Source: Candidatus Binatia bacterium (lineage in GTDB: Bacteria > Desulfobacterota > Binatia > Bin18). From it: 64,000 nucleotides of DNA. The stretch covers positions 1,376,001 through 1,440,000 of the forward strand of contig OY761159.2 in the NCBI GenBank assembly GCA_963664395.2. Reading direction: 5' to 3'. Below the pieces are notes generated by a model that worked only from the letters and a program-made list of their open reading frames with translations, had not been told where the DNA came from and did no database searches. This document shows positions 51,540-61,873 of the stretch, piece after piece (positions within the stretch are counted from its first letter, which is position 1; every line of letters begins with the position of its first letter). The position numbers and the translations under genes were made by a program.

Positions 51540-51814
51540 TCGCCGCGCTCGGCGAGAAACCTCGACAGTGCGCCGGGCCGTCGTTCAACCGGTCCGAATG
51601 TCCTCCTCGGGATGGCCGAGCGAACCAGGGAGCCGCTACGTTCGAGGTCCTTCAGCCGCTCGTCGAGCGTCGGCTTTTGCCGCTCCCGGATCGAACGGAT
51701 TTCTGCCACTGGTTCTCCCCGATAAGAGACGGTGACGGTCTTGCCTTCGCGCACTTGCCGAATGACCTCGGAAAACCGCGCCTTTGCTTCGTAGATTGAG
51801 TAGTTGAGCGCCAC
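51536..51814 (-). CDS. Phd/YefM-type antitoxin
   Basis: SIYEAKARFSEVI..V..G..V.VSYRGEPVA; palindrome ACTAGCTAGT (51823-32) upstream. Confidence 0.85.
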   Translation of the reverse strand: MALNYSIYEAKARFSEVIRQVREGKTVTVSYRGEPVAEIRSIRERQKPTLDERLKDLERSGSLVRSAIPRRTFGPVERRPGALSRFLAERGE

Positions 51815-51870
51815 GGCGTTACACTAGCTAGTCAGACTGGTCATAGCAACCGCAATTATCGGCGCTGTCA

Positions 51871-51916
51871 GCAGTACCCGACCGGGATGTGTCTTCACTC
51901 GTGTCTTGGTATTCAT
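51871..51916 (-). pseudogene. Truncated second copy of the higA 5' end
   Basis: [15 protein letters not shown] starts overlapping the hsdS stop; 31 bp identical to 51052-51082. Confidence 0.8.
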
Positions 51917-53175
51917 GCGCCACCCTCTGCATCAGTCAGCAACGGAACGACAGACACCTTGCCGGTGAGGAGGTCTTGCATCAGGGCAGCTTTCAAATGG
52001 CTCTGCTTATTCAGTTCAGCTTGCAAGCGCGATATCATCTCAGTGTTCGCATCTAGCACTTTTGTAATATGGTTCTGCTCGTCGAGAGGGGGACTTGCCA
52101 CCAGAAGGCTTCGTATCGTAGGGAGGTTCAACCCGGCTTTCGCACCGGATTCATTGTGCCTTTCAAACTGGGATTGACCTGCTCGACTTTGAAGGAACCA
52201 GCCAACGAACCTTTGATCTACTTCGGGATCGGTAATCCGCACTAAAGCGATATGCTGATTGACATAGCCCTCTCCAAAGCCTTCAGGTATTACGCCAATC
52301 ATACCGAGGTCCGCCGTGACAGATATCAAAACATCACCGGGTACAACCAAGGTACGCAATCCCTCGGCGCGCACTGGTGGCCGTACAAAAACTGTATCGT
52401 CAAATCGTAGATTTATGTGGTCGCGTGTCAGGTTTCCAATGCGGAGAAATGCAGCACCTTCATCGCTGTAATACTTCGCCCACCCTCGTGCGCCACTCGT
52501 GACAAAATCCGAAATGGAATCAATGTTCTGGATATTCCACTCTACCGGAATTCGCCCTAGCGGCGAGTCCTTGAATTCGTGGGTTTCCTCAGAGCGGAGG
52601 TCTCCGTTTTCGTCGATACCGCGCGTGAGCAGGTCTTGCATCAGGCCGGTCTTGATGCGCTGTTGCTTGGCGATCAATGCCTCAGTCTGCTCAATGGCTT
52701 GATCTACTGTCGAGAGTATTTCGACGATTTTGGATTGTTCAAGCCTGCCACTAGGAGCTTCTATTGACCACTTGCTCAATTCAGACGAATTAATTGCCTC
52801 GAAGGTTGAACCCTGTGAAGCGCTTCGAAAATTTGCCTCTTGAAATTTAAGAAATTGCTCCAAATACCTTTGATTAACTCTTGTTCCAATGATGGCAGCC
52901 AAACCTCGGCCAATGATGTAATCCCGATCAGCGATGTTAAGTCGCCCGACTGGAGCTCGTACACTGAACAAGATCGAGTTTTTGGGAGCTACTTTCTTTG
53001 GTTGACTACAATAGACTGCATGGGTCGGAAACCGACTTCCAAATTCAGCGCACCCCTGTAGGAACGGTAAGCCAATTTCTTCATCGGAATAAAAATTTGA
53101 TTCAGGGGATTGCCCCATGATTAAATTCGCAACCTGTCCAAGAGGCTCATTTTTCCAACTTGTTCGCTCACTCAT
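51913..53175 (-). CDS. hsdS: Type I R-M specificity subunit S
   Basis: Two TRDs, [42 protein letters not shown]; lower GC. Confidence 0.95.
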   Translation of the reverse strand: MSERTSWKNEPLGQVANLIMGQSPESNFYSDEEIGLPFLQGCAEFGSRFPTHAVYCSQPKKVAPKNSILFSVRAPVGRLNIADRDYIIGRGLAAIIGTRVNQRYLEQFLKFQEANFRSASQGSTFEAINSSELSKWSIEAPSGRLEQSKIVEILSTVDQAIEQTEALIAKQQRIKTGLMQDLLTRGIDENGDLRSEETHEFKDSPLGRIPVEWNIQNIDSISDFVTSGARGWAKYYSDEGAAFLRIGNLTRDHINLRFDDTVFVRPPVRAEGLRTLVVPGDVLISVTADLGMIGVIPEGFGEGYVNQHIALVRITDPEVDQRFVGWFLQSRAGQSQFERHNESGAKAGLNLPTIRSLLVASPPLDEQNHITKVLDANTEMISRLQAELNKQSHLKAALMQDLLTGKVSVVPLLTDAEGGA

Positions 53176-55856
53176 GCTAAGTACCCCAACCCTCCCATAA
53201 ATCCATTGAGGGCCTTGAGCGTTGCTCCTCGCGCCTCCTCCATCTCTTGGCTGCTCACCGCGTACTTGTCCCACAGATTCTCAACGCCTGAAACCAGATG
53301 CCGCATCTCTGCATTGAGGTAGCGTTCGAGTTCGGTGCCGGCGATGTCGTAGAGCTTCTTGAGGATAAGGTGCTTGGCTTCGTCATCGGTTAGCTGGCCG
53401 TTGATTGCTTCCAGTACCGTGTCAGTCTTGGCGATGCGTTCCTCAAGTACAACCTTGTCTTTGTTTAAGGTATCGATCTTTTTGTTGTCGGTCTTGTCGC
53501 GTGGGTCCAGATTCGTAAGCTGGTCTTCGATCTGCTGAATGAGTCCCCGGCTTTCGGCTTTGAACCCTTCGCCGCCAAGACGTTTAAGTTGGATTTTGAG
53601 TTCCAATTCGTTGGTCTTATTCTTCGACAAGGCTCTGCTGACACTGATTTTATTTTCGATCTCCTTTATGGCGGCATCCTGTGCCTTGAGGTCATTACGC
53701 TCTCGCTGGGCGGATGCGCCCGCACTATCCTTCAGGTCATCTATGAGGGTTTTCAGAGCCTTCTTGATGACTGCGGCCGTAACCTTTTCGTCTTCTTCGG
53801 GTTCGTAGGAAGCCACCTCTTGCGCAGTTTCTACAGCCTCAGCCAGCTCGGTTTGGAGTTCGTTGATGTGAGTTTCCAATTCCTCAATGGCGTCCGCCTC
53901 GCTCTGGAAGAACTCGGTGATCAGATATTCGTCCGGGATGAGCGTGTGGTGCCAACCTAGTGAGACAATGGTTTTCAGGTCGTAACGATTTTCCTGCCAC
54001 CAGTTGACGAACACACCGGCGCTCTTGAACTCGTCCAGCACGCCCAGGGGAACGAGCTTGTCCTTGAGTGTGGTCAAAAGCTCATGCCGTACTTCCGGCA
54101 TTTTCCGACCGCTGTGATTGGCGCTCTCAAGCTCGGCGAAGTCGTCACGGGCTACGCTCCACCATTCCTTGAGGGCATTTCGGTGGGTCTCCAACGTATG
54201 CCCGACCGATTGGTCCACTTCGATGATCTCTTTAATATCGGCCTTGCTTGCAATCGACTCCTTGAATGTGAGGTATCCCGGTCGATCCGGCTGGAACAGC
54301 GTTTCACATTGAAGGCCAAACTTGTTGAAGTTGTCGCTTTGTGCCGAAACCTCACTTTCAGGGATGCCGCCGATCAGATGGGCCTGTACGTCTTCCGGTT
54401 CCGGCTCCGGGGTATTGTCTACATAGCGCCGAATGTTCAGATTGTAGTCGTTTTTGTCAGCGATTTCCGACTTGTCCACGAGTCGGCTGTATTTTAGAAT
54501 CTCGCGTTTGTTGGAGAACACGAAGTCGATTTTCTCCACGTCCTCCGGGCGCAGTTTGTTTTGATTCTTTCCTTCGGCATACTCCCGGTCCGCATTGATG
54601 AACAAAATCTTGCCACGCAAGGCATCGGGTTTGTTCTTGTTGCAAACGAGCACACAGGCCGGAATACCGGTCCCATAAAAAAGACCCTGCGGCAAACTGA
54701 TGATCGCCTCGATAACGTCGTCGTTTATCAACCGCTCGCGAATCAGCTTCTCTTTGCCACCGCGAAAAAGCACACCATGGGGCATGATCGTGGCCATGTG
54801 GCCGTCGCTCTTGAGGCTGGCCAGCATGTGCTGGACGAACATCAAATCGGCTTTCTTCCCGGTCTCTGGACACCACTCGCGGAAACGGTTGGTGAATTTC
54901 ATAGTGGCGCGGCTGTAGTTCTGCGAGAATGGTGGGTTGGCCAACACCCGGTCGAACTTGCGTATCTGTCCGTTTTCCAAAATCTGCGGGTCCTCCAGGG
55001 TGTCGCCGTTCTCAATGGTGAAACTCGTGATGTTGTGGAGGATCATATTCATATTGCAGATTGACCACGTGGTCCCGTTGGAGTCCTGCCCGTAGAGGGC
55101 CAGATTATTGGCGTTCTCGCCCCGCTCCTCGACGTACTGGTGGGCCTGGATGAGAAAGCCACCGGAACCCGCGGCTGGGTCGTATATCTCATTCCCTTCT
55201 GTGGGCTTGGTTAGCTGTACCAGCAGGCGCACCACCTCCGCAGGGGTATAGAATTCACCGCCTTTCTTGCCGGCGCTGTCCGCGAAGTACTTAATCAGAT
55301 ACTCGTAAGCCGCCCCAAGCAGGTCGGGGAACTCGAAATTGTCGTTGACCAGGACGAAGCCCGGCTGGTTGAAATGATCGAGCAGCTCTTTCCACTTCTG
55401 ATTCTCTATTTTCGTCCTGCCCTTGGCCGCGTTGAAATCAATGTTGTTCTTCAGCACCCCGGCCAGCGAGTCGTTCGCATCCTCGACCGCAGCAAGGGCT
55501 TTGTTCAGCATGTTGCCGATATCGTCTTTGAGGTCCTTGAGCGCCGGCACCAAGTCACCGTTCTCATCCGTCCATGTCTCGTGCCAGCGAGCACGATCGG
55601 GAACGAAGAACGTCTCGCCGTAGGCGGTCTTGTCCTCAACGAGTTGCGCCAGGAGATCAGGCTGGTCCTTGAGGTGGGCGTATTCCGCTCGTACCTGCTC
55701 GCGCTTGCGGTCGAACTCGTCAGACAATCGTTTCAGGAACAGCATACCGAAGATGAACTCCTTGAACTCGGAGGCGTCCATCTTGCCGCGCAGGATGTCG
55801 GCAGCTTTGAACAGGAAGGATTCGAGTTGGGCTAAGGTGATTTTTTCAGTCTGCAT
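53172..55856 (-). CDS. hsdM: Type I R-M methyltransferase subunit M, long form (894 aa)
   Basis: [43 protein letters not shown], then a coiled-coil-rich extension. Confidence 0.95.
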   Translation of the reverse strand: MQTEKITLAQLESFLFKAADILRGKMDASEFKEFIFGMLFLKRLSDEFDRKREQVRAEYAHLKDQPDLLAQLVEDKTAYGETFFVPDRARWHETWTDENGDLVPALKDLKDDIGNMLNKALAAVEDANDSLAGVLKNNIDFNAAKGRTKIENQKWKELLDHFNQPGFVLVNDNFEFPDLLGAAYEYLIKYFADSAGKKGGEFYTPAEVVRLLVQLTKPTEGNEIYDPAAGSGGFLIQAHQYVEERGENANNLALYGQDSNGTTWSICNMNMILHNITSFTIENGDTLEDPQILENGQIRKFDRVLANPPFSQNYSRATMKFTNRFREWCPETGKKADLMFVQHMLASLKSDGHMATIMPHGVLFRGGKEKLIRERLINDDVIEAIISLPQGLFYGTGIPACVLVCNKNKPDALRGKILFINADREYAEGKNQNKLRPEDVEKIDFVFSNKREILKYSRLVDKSEIADKNDYNLNIRRYVDNTPEPEPEDVQAHLIGGIPESEVSAQSDNFNKFGLQCETLFQPDRPGYLTFKESIASKADIKEIIEVDQSVGHTLETHRNALKEWWSVARDDFAELESANHSGRKMPEVRHELLTTLKDKLVPLGVLDEFKSAGVFVNWWQENRYDLKTIVSLGWHHTLIPDEYLITEFFQSEADAIEELETHINELQTELAEAVETAQEVASYEPEEDEKVTAAVIKKALKTLIDDLKDSAGASAQRERNDLKAQDAAIKEIENKISVSRALSKNKTNELELKIQLKRLGGEGFKAESRGLIQQIEDQLTNLDPRDKTDNKKIDTLNKDKVVLEERIAKTDTVLEAINGQLTDDEAKHLILKKLYDIAGTELERYLNAEMRHLVSGVENLWDKYAVSSQEMEEARGATLKALNGFMGGLGYLA

Positions 55857-55857
55857 A

Positions 55858-58800
55858 TTACGCGACATTTGATGGTGAGGATACTTCCTCTGCCATAGCT
55901 TTAAGACTATTACGATACGCCGCTGTGAGCGGGGATCTGACTGCCTCGGAAGCTGCAAGGATGAGCTTCGCGATAAAACTGCTGTCATCTACGGGTATCG
56001 CCAGAACTTCCTCAATGAGGGGTACAGTCTGCCGAGGGCTGGAAAGACGAAACGTTTCTGCGCTTAATATGCGTTTCCAACCAGTCCTCAGCCAAGCGGC
56101 GAGACGGGGTGTGAGGAAAGGCTTGAAATTGGATTGGTTGATCCAATTGAAGAAACACAGTCCTGCCATCCAGAAATAATATGGTTCTACGTACTCGTTT
56201 TGAAGAAGCACTTTGATGATGCTGACGACTGTTTGGTCCAATTCCGCGGATAAGGCTGACTTCTCATTCCAATGATCGAATACAGATTTGCCGGGAAACG
56301 GGCCTGAGAATTGACCCTCCAGAGCGGTTTTAAGCTCCGTCATCGCCTCCGGCTGAGGCTGGCCTGCCAAGGCGGAACGGATGCCATAAGCGAGGATGGC
56401 ATCTTTTGCCATCCGTTCGGTCGTAGAATCAAATGGCCCATGCTTGTCCAGCATCGGCACCTGCCCTCTTTCCAGCGCCAACGGATCGAATGTCGCCCGG
56501 AGTCGATCGGCCTCCTTTGACAAATATACAGCGATTTCGACGTATGTCGTGAAGTGGGCGGCAAATCCGCTGGTATCGAGCCTGGCGATATCTGTTTGTA
56601 CCATTTGCGTGCGCAGGTTGACCTCCATCACCGGGATCGGACCTTGCGCCAGCAGATCGTCAAGTGCCACCGCGATTCCCACGTCGAGGCCGGTCGCGGA
56701 TTCCGCCTCCGCTAACATGTACCAAGCAACATCAATGTGTCCAAGCGGGAGTTCCCGGATTGCAGGTAAGGGATCGGGATTGCTGCAGGTTCCCGCTTCC
56801 ATTGCGATTGGCCGCCCGCCAATCTGGACGTCGCTCCCTGTGATGCGGGATTGCGCCCAAAGTACGGTATGGCGAATAACGCGGTGGCAGTATGCAGCAA
56901 GCAGTGTTGCCTCTGGGTCAATCTCCGCCAATGCATCTAACGCTTCTACGAGGCGTGTGAGCGCCCGGCCTGCATCCCCAGTTTCGAGAGCGGCTACCGC
57001 CGAATCGGCACCCAGGCCCACCGCCATCGCGTCCATGTCCACGCTGCGAGCCAGTCTAGCAGCGCTTTGCGCATCAAGGAACCATTCCTCCGCTTGCGAC
57101 CATTCGTCGCATTTTGCCGCGCTGATAGCCGCCTCGCGCAGCGCGAACGCGCGCTCAACCGGACTGTCGCCGCCAACCTGATCCGCGATGCCATGGAGGA
57201 TTTCGAGGGCTGTCCCGTGTTCATCATGGCGATAATGAACTTTAGCTATGGCGCGACTGAGGATTATATCGTCCCCATAGGCTGCTCTCGCCTCTGCAAG
57301 AACTGCCAAGGCACCTTCTTTGTTGTTCTGATACTCATCCAGCATGATCGCCTGGGCCACCGAACATTGGAGAGAAAGAGGACGAATGACCCAGTTGTGC
57401 GTCTTCTCCGCCATTCGTTGGTAGCGCTTCGCCGCATCCGTAGCGTCGAAAGCCTCGCTGTGCCGCTGTGTCTCCCAAGGGCCGTTGATGAATAGGGAAT
57501 AATCGGAAGAATCTCTGTCTACCGGCGTCAGCAAGAGCGACCGCTCGTCCGCGTCGAGCTTATCAAGTGCGTTGATGATACGCTCCAGTCGCTCTACAGA
57601 AGCAAGGTGGGCACTTCCCACACTGAACAGCATCCCAAAGAAGTTTGCACCCGATGTATCGAAGGCACCTTCAACATTGGCCACTATGCCTTGCAAAAAT
57701 TCGTCGGCCTCTATCAGGGCTTTGAAGCGAAGTAGGAGAGCGACCCAGTCATTGAGATAGTTCGCGATACCCATCGTGCCGAGCACGGCGAATGCTGCCA
57801 TCGCTTCCAAAGCGCGTCCTATCTCACCTTTCGGTTCCGGCAGGCTGTCGATTTCATTGAAGAGTGCCGCCACAATAGCGGAGATATTGTTTCCTTCATC
57901 CGTTGTGGCAACCAGTTTGAATTGCGCGAGCCGAAGTATCCCGGAGGCAAAAGAATCCTCAGGGTAGACTGGTACATCAGTGGAAAAGAGGCGGAAGAGC
58001 AAGAGGTGTTCCGCCAGCTTCTCAACCGGAGAGTCAGCCAACAATACACTAAGGCCAAGCATAGCCAAAATTTGGGGCATCTTGCCTGCAATCGCATGCA
58101 TCATAATTGTGTCGAAATCGCTCGCGTCGATCGTACCTTTTCCGAACATCTGGACCGCAATGGTCTCATGGATGCGCCTTCGCTCATCAGGGGACAGCAT
58201 CTCAGGCCCAAAACTTCTCGCAAGTGGTGAGACCCGGAAGACGTCTCTGCCGACGGCTTCGAGCCACGGCCCGACCAACTGGTCCAGGCATTCACCAGCT
58301 TGGGACACCACTGGAGAAATTTCGCCGATGGTCAACGCCAGTGACCGATTGAAGCGTCCGGTCGCAATACTGAGTCGATAGAGAAGACTTCGCGTTCCTT
58401 CGGGAAGCGTGGACACTAAGCTCCGCCGGGCCGCTTCGCGGGCGGCATCGGTGTCATCGGACGACAAGCCTCGGCTGACGACAGCTTCAATCTCTTCGAC
58501 TGGCCATCCCCGCGCCGCAATACCGGTTACAAAAGCATGTGTAAGCTGGGGATGACCGCAAGCTCCCGCCAAATAGGCGAGACGCCCCCACCTAGCTGGG
58601 TCCCCTCCGTTGTCAAGGACAAGCGCGCGGGCTTCTTCCTCCGAGAAGTAGGGGCAATCCACGACGCACCCCCGGTCGAGGCCGATTTCAGTCCGCGTCT
58701 TCAAGGAGGGTTGCTGGTAGCAGATAATGAGCGCTTTGCGGTAGCGACGCAGTAGAGCTTCAACGACGCGCGCCAGCGACAATGTAACGCGCGTGTCGTC

Positions 58801-59979
58801 AATATGGTTCAGGTCTTCCAGAATCAATACCGAAGGAGGTAAGCCTCCAACACGGGCAAACACCATATCGAGCCGGCGGCAGGTTTCGTCTGCGTCAGTG
58901 TTCCGAAAGTCCACTATGAAGAATGTACCGGCCCGCGCGACGGCAACCGCCCGTGACACGATGGACTTGCCAAGGCCGCTGCCACCGACGAGCACGCCCA
59001 CACCGGAATTATCAATCGCATCCGTTACTGCCGACTCGACGGTGCTCCGGGCGATCATCCCCTGCGGAGCGGGAAGCCTAGTGCCGTCAATAAGCCAGCC
59101 TGTTTCTGTGACGGAAAGAGGATTGCCTGTGCCCAGACCTCCGCCGAGCACTCTCGCCAAGCCTGAGGCAAGTTGGGCAAGATCGTCTATAGAAGCGCGT
59201 GGTAGTGAAATACGGGTTGCCGTATCGATAACTTGGTAAAGCTCAGCCCGCGTAAGAACGCGTTCACTGGTCGTCCGGACAATACTTTTTTCCAGCACCC
59301 GATAGACCAAATGATCGACAAGTCCCTGCGCCTCTTGAGAGGAAAGTCTAAATAGGTCGCGGCCGATGACGACCAGCCGCGCTTCTAGCTCCTGACGAAG
59401 CGTTGAGAAATTTGGTTGACCGCAATCCCAGTGGATTCTCTCAATGAGGTCATGGCGGAGTGCTGCGTCGTCGCGATTCTTAGAGAACGTTCTTACGGAT
59501 TCATGGAATTTATCGCTCTCCAATATTGTGCGGAGAGGCGAGAGGTCCGCCCCCGCGGCGACCTCTTGCCAATACTTCAGCCCGGCCATCCCTGCCGGAC
59601 GGTCAGCAACAGCTTGTTCTGTTCCAATCTCCGATGTCGTGAAGAAACGGAGGTCAACCTGAATAGCGGGATTGCGCTCGGTAAGATCGATAAACGCAGC
59701 GACCGCATTGCGGACGCTTGGGCTATTCAACGTGATTGATCCGGACCTTTCTGTGTCCTTGACCTGAACGGCGTCGAGCGCCTGCCCCGCTATGATCGCA
59801 TAGTCTTCCGCGACTTCCAGGAAAAGCCGCCCATGCTCGTCGATATCGAGCCATGCCAGCGCGGTCGCTAGGGCCTGATACGCATACCCTCGCAGAGAAT
59901 CGACTGCTTGTCGCGCCGTGTCGCCCTGCGGGACAAGGCCAGCGGAAGGACCTGCGTTGAAAAGATCGTGAGAGTTCAT
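55858..59979 (-). CDS. Putative defence protein: Cap4/DUF4297-like PD-(D/E)xK nuclease + P-loop NTPase + helical/TPR-like C-terminus
   Basis: N-terminal LRGYAYQ...EVAED...QVK; Walker A GGSGLGKS; Walker B LILEDL; GHPQL (GxP-like); long Ala/Leu/Glu-rich helical tail. Confidence 0.7.
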   Translation of the reverse strand: MNSHDLFNAGPSAGLVPQGDTARQAVDSLRGYAYQALATALAWLDIDEHGRLFLEVAEDYAIIAGQALDAVQVKDTERSGSITLNSPSVRNAVAAFIDLTERNPAIQVDLRFFTTSEIGTEQAVADRPAGMAGLKYWQEVAAGADLSPLRTILESDKFHESVRTFSKNRDDAALRHDLIERIHWDCGQPNFSTLRQELEARLVVIGRDLFRLSSQEAQGLVDHLVYRVLEKSIVRTTSERVLTRAELYQVIDTATRISLPRASIDDLAQLASGLARVLGGGLGTGNPLSVTETGWLIDGTRLPAPQGMIARSTVESAVTDAIDNSGVGVLVGGSGLGKSIVSRAVAVARAGTFFIVDFRNTDADETCRRLDMVFARVGGLPPSVLILEDLNHIDDTRVTLSLARVVEALLRRYRKALIICYQQPSLKTRTEIGLDRGCVVDCPYFSEEEARALVLDNGGDPARWGRLAYLAGACGHPQLTHAFVTGIAARGWPVEEIEAVVSRGLSSDDTDAAREAARRSLVSTLPEGTRSLLYRLSIATGRFNRSLALTIGEISPVVSQAGECLDQLVGPWLEAVGRDVFRVSPLARSFGPEMLSPDERRRIHETIAVQMFGKGTIDASDFDTIMMHAIAGKMPQILAMLGLSVLLADSPVEKLAEHLLLFRLFSTDVPVYPEDSFASGILRLAQFKLVATTDEGNNISAIVAALFNEIDSLPEPKGEIGRALEAMAAFAVLGTMGIANYLNDWVALLLRFKALIEADEFLQGIVANVEGAFDTSGANFFGMLFSVGSAHLASVERLERIINALDKLDADERSLLLTPVDRDSSDYSLFINGPWETQRHSEAFDATDAAKRYQRMAEKTHNWVIRPLSLQCSVAQAIMLDEYQNNKEGALAVLAEARAAYGDDIILSRAIAKVHYRHDEHGTALEILHGIADQVGGDSPVERAFALREAAISAAKCDEWSQAEEWFLDAQSAARLARSVDMDAMAVGLGADSAVAALETGDAGRALTRLVEALDALAEIDPEATLLAAYCHRVIRHTVLWAQSRITGSDVQIGGRPIAMEAGTCSNPDPLPAIRELPLGHIDVAWYMLAEAESATGLDVGIAVALDDLLAQGPIPVMEVNLRTQMVQTDIARLDTSGFAAHFTTYVEIAVYLSKEADRLRATFDPLALERGQVPMLDKHGPFDSTTERMAKDAILAYGIRSALAGQPQPEAMTELKTALEGQFSGPFPGKSVFDHWNEKSALSAELDQTVVSIIKVLLQNEYVEPYYFWMAGLCFFNWINQSNFKPFLTPRLAAWLRTGWKRILSAETFRLSSPRQTVPLIEEVLAIPVDDSSFIAKLILAASEAVRSPLTAAYRNSLKAMAEEVSSPSNVA

Positions 59980-60105
59980 TATCAGCATTCCTGAGAGCAC
60001 AGCTCGAAACTAGCGCGGATGTATCACAAAACATTAGTTTGGTCTCAATCGCCGGTGAGTGCTGATGAAGAAGCTTACACGCGGAGCCCCAATCCTGATG
60101 TTAGC

Positions 60106-60438
60106 TCACTCGAAGTGTGTGAACCGTAGGACTGAATACACCACTCTGCCTTCCCGCAGGGCGGGCTTGATGATTAGCGCGTGGCTATCCTTGAATCGCT
60201 CTACATCCTCGGGGGAGACTACGATTGCATCAACCGCAGCGCCGACCCCATGCAGCTTCCGGTAGATCCGAGCCATAAGATTGAGCGCATCCGCCTCCTC
60301 CTTTATGATAAGCAGGTCAACATCGCTGTTGGGACCCATGTCGCCCCGAGCCGCAGACCCGAAGAGAATGATCTTCTCCGGCTGGGCCGTCTCCACAACG
60401 CGCCGGATGATGTCATCCGATGTCTGTCTGTCGAGCAT
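60106..60438 (-). CDS. Minimal nucleotidyltransferase (MntA-like antitoxin), HEPN partner missing
   Basis: PEKIILFGSAARG...SDVDLLI...EGRVVY. Confidence 0.85.
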   Translation of the reverse strand: MLDRQTSDDIIRRVVETAQPEKIILFGSAARGDMGPNSDVDLLIIKEEADALNLMARIYRKLHGVGAAVDAIVVSPEDVERFKDSHALIIKPALREGRVVYSVLRFTHFE

Positions 60439-60552
60439 TGTTCGATGCTGCTCCAGCCCTCTTTGACTGGCTCTCTTCAAGAGAACCAAAGGAATAGCTC
60501 CTAAGTATATGAAAATCGTAGTCTTCGCTCAACGAATCGGCCCGCTCCGCTC

Positions 60553-60628
60553 CCGTCATGCCGGACTTGATCCGGCATCCAGAGGCCGGGGCTGGGAGCC
60601 TGGATTCCGGCTTTCGCCGGAATGACGG
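60553..60628. repeat. Complete REP-like palindromic element
   Basis: CCGTCATGCCGGACTTGATCCGGCATCCAG...CTGGATTCCGGCTTTCGCCGGAATGACGG; nested inverted repeats. Confidence 0.8.
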
Positions 60629-60674
60629 CAGGGACCGGCTGGCTATACGGAATCGTAAATTGATCCATATACGA

Positions 60675-60707
60675 CAAGACCCCGAGGGGTCGGCCCTCGG
60701 GGTCTTG
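60675..60707 (-). terminator. Hairpin downstream of tRNA-Asn
   Basis: CAAGACCCCGAGGG-GTCGG-CCCTCGGGGTCTTG perfect inverted repeat. Confidence 0.6.
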
Positions 60708-60744
60708 CGTTTCTGGCGAGTCGCCAGATTTGGTGGTCAATAGT

Positions 60745-60820
60745 TGGCTCCTCGGGTTGGACTCGAACCAACAACCTATCGGTTAACAGCCGATTGCTCT
60801 GCCAATTGAGCTACCGAGGA
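60745..60820 (-). tRNA. tRNA-Asn(GTT)
   Basis: TCCTCGGTAGCTCAATTGGCAGAGC-AATCGGCTGTTAACCGAT-AGGTTGTTGGTTCGAGTCCAACCCGAGGAGCCA. Confidence 0.97.
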
Positions 60821-60883
60821 TCAATGCAGAAACGATATTAGCAGGGTTTTGTAGCAAAGGGAAAAACAAGTGTAAAGGCGGCC

Positions 60884-61483
60884 CTACATCTCCCGTCGGC
60901 CTTCAATCGCCCGGCCTAGTGTGACCGCGTCGGTGTATTCCACATCACCGCCCATCGGAATGCCGTGGGCAATCCGGCTCACTTGGATGCCCAGCGGCTT
61001 AATGACCTTCGCCAAATACAATGCGGTTGCCTCTCCTTCGACATTCGGGTTTGTCGCAACAATCACCTCTTTGACTGTACCCCGGCGCAAGCGGTCCAGG
61101 AGCGGGGCAATTTTGAGTTCATCCGGGCCAATACCATCAAGCGGTGCCAGGACGCCGTGTAAGACATGGTACCGGCCCTTATATTCATGTGACCGTTCAA
61201 CCGCCATCAGGTCGGCAGGGTCTTCAACGATACAGATACATTCGGTACTCCGCTGCGGATTGTTACAAATAGCGCAGCGCTCGCCTTCAGCCAGCCCAAA
61301 GCATTCCTGGCACAGGGTGGTCTCGGTCTTCACCGCCCAGATTGCCTCGGCCAGACTTTCCGCATAATCCCGCCCGGTGCCCAGGATGAACATGGCCAGG
61401 CGAGTCGCTGTTCTCTCTCCAATCCCAGGGAGCCGGCCCAACTCTTGAACCAAGCGAGCCAATGCGGGGGTCAGCGTCGTCAT
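60884..61483 (-). CDS. recR: Recombination mediator RecR
   Basis: LPGIGERTATRL, C4 zinc finger, YHVLHG, NVEGEATALY, RIAHGIPMGG. Confidence 0.97.
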   Translation of the reverse strand: MTTLTPALARLVQELGRLPGIGERTATRLAMFILGTGRDYAESLAEAIWAVKTETTLCQECFGLAEGERCAICNNPQRSTECICIVEDPADLMAVERSHEYKGRYHVLHGVLAPLDGIGPDELKIAPLLDRLRRGTVKEVIVATNPNVEGEATALYLAKVIKPLGIQVSRIAHGIPMGGDVEYTDAVTLGRAIEGRREM

Positions 61484-61534
61484 ACGCACCTCGCCATGAA
61501 TCTCGTACCCCACTCAGCCCTTACACAGGCCGCC

Positions 61535-61852
61535 TCACGCATTCAGCCCAGGAATCTTGAGTCCTCCGGTGACCTTCCCCATTTCATTGGCCATCATGTT
61601 TTGGGCTTGCCGAATGCCCTCGTTCACCGCGGCGGTCACGAGGTCCTGGAGCATTTCGACATCATCGGCTGAGGCCACTGCGGGATCAATACGCAGCGCT
61701 ACGAGTTCCAACCGGCCGTTCACCGTCGCCATGACCATATTGCCACCGGCTGAGGCTTCAACTGTCTTTTTCCCGGTATCTTCCTGAATCCGAGCCAGTT
61801 TCGCCTGCAACTGCTGGGCTTGCTTCATCATATCTCCCATATTCTGTGCCAT
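61535..61852 (-). CDS. ybaB: YbaB/EbfC nucleoid-associated protein
   Basis: MMKQAQQLQ, ASAGG, DVEMLQDLVTAAVN; dnaX-ybaB-recR synteny. Confidence 0.95.
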   Translation of the reverse strand: MAQNMGDMMKQAQQLQAKLARIQEDTGKKTVEASAGGNMVMATVNGRLELVALRIDPAVASADDVEMLQDLVTAAVNEGIRQAQNMMANEMGKVTGGLKIPGLNA

Positions 61853-61873
61853 GCTGTGTCCTCCACTATGCGA

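Noticed and set aside
41443-60744. Classical integrase-mobilised island at tRNA-Asn
   Set aside because: No integrase gene, and I could not find a duplicated tRNA 3' end (att site) by eye; described only as an accessory region.
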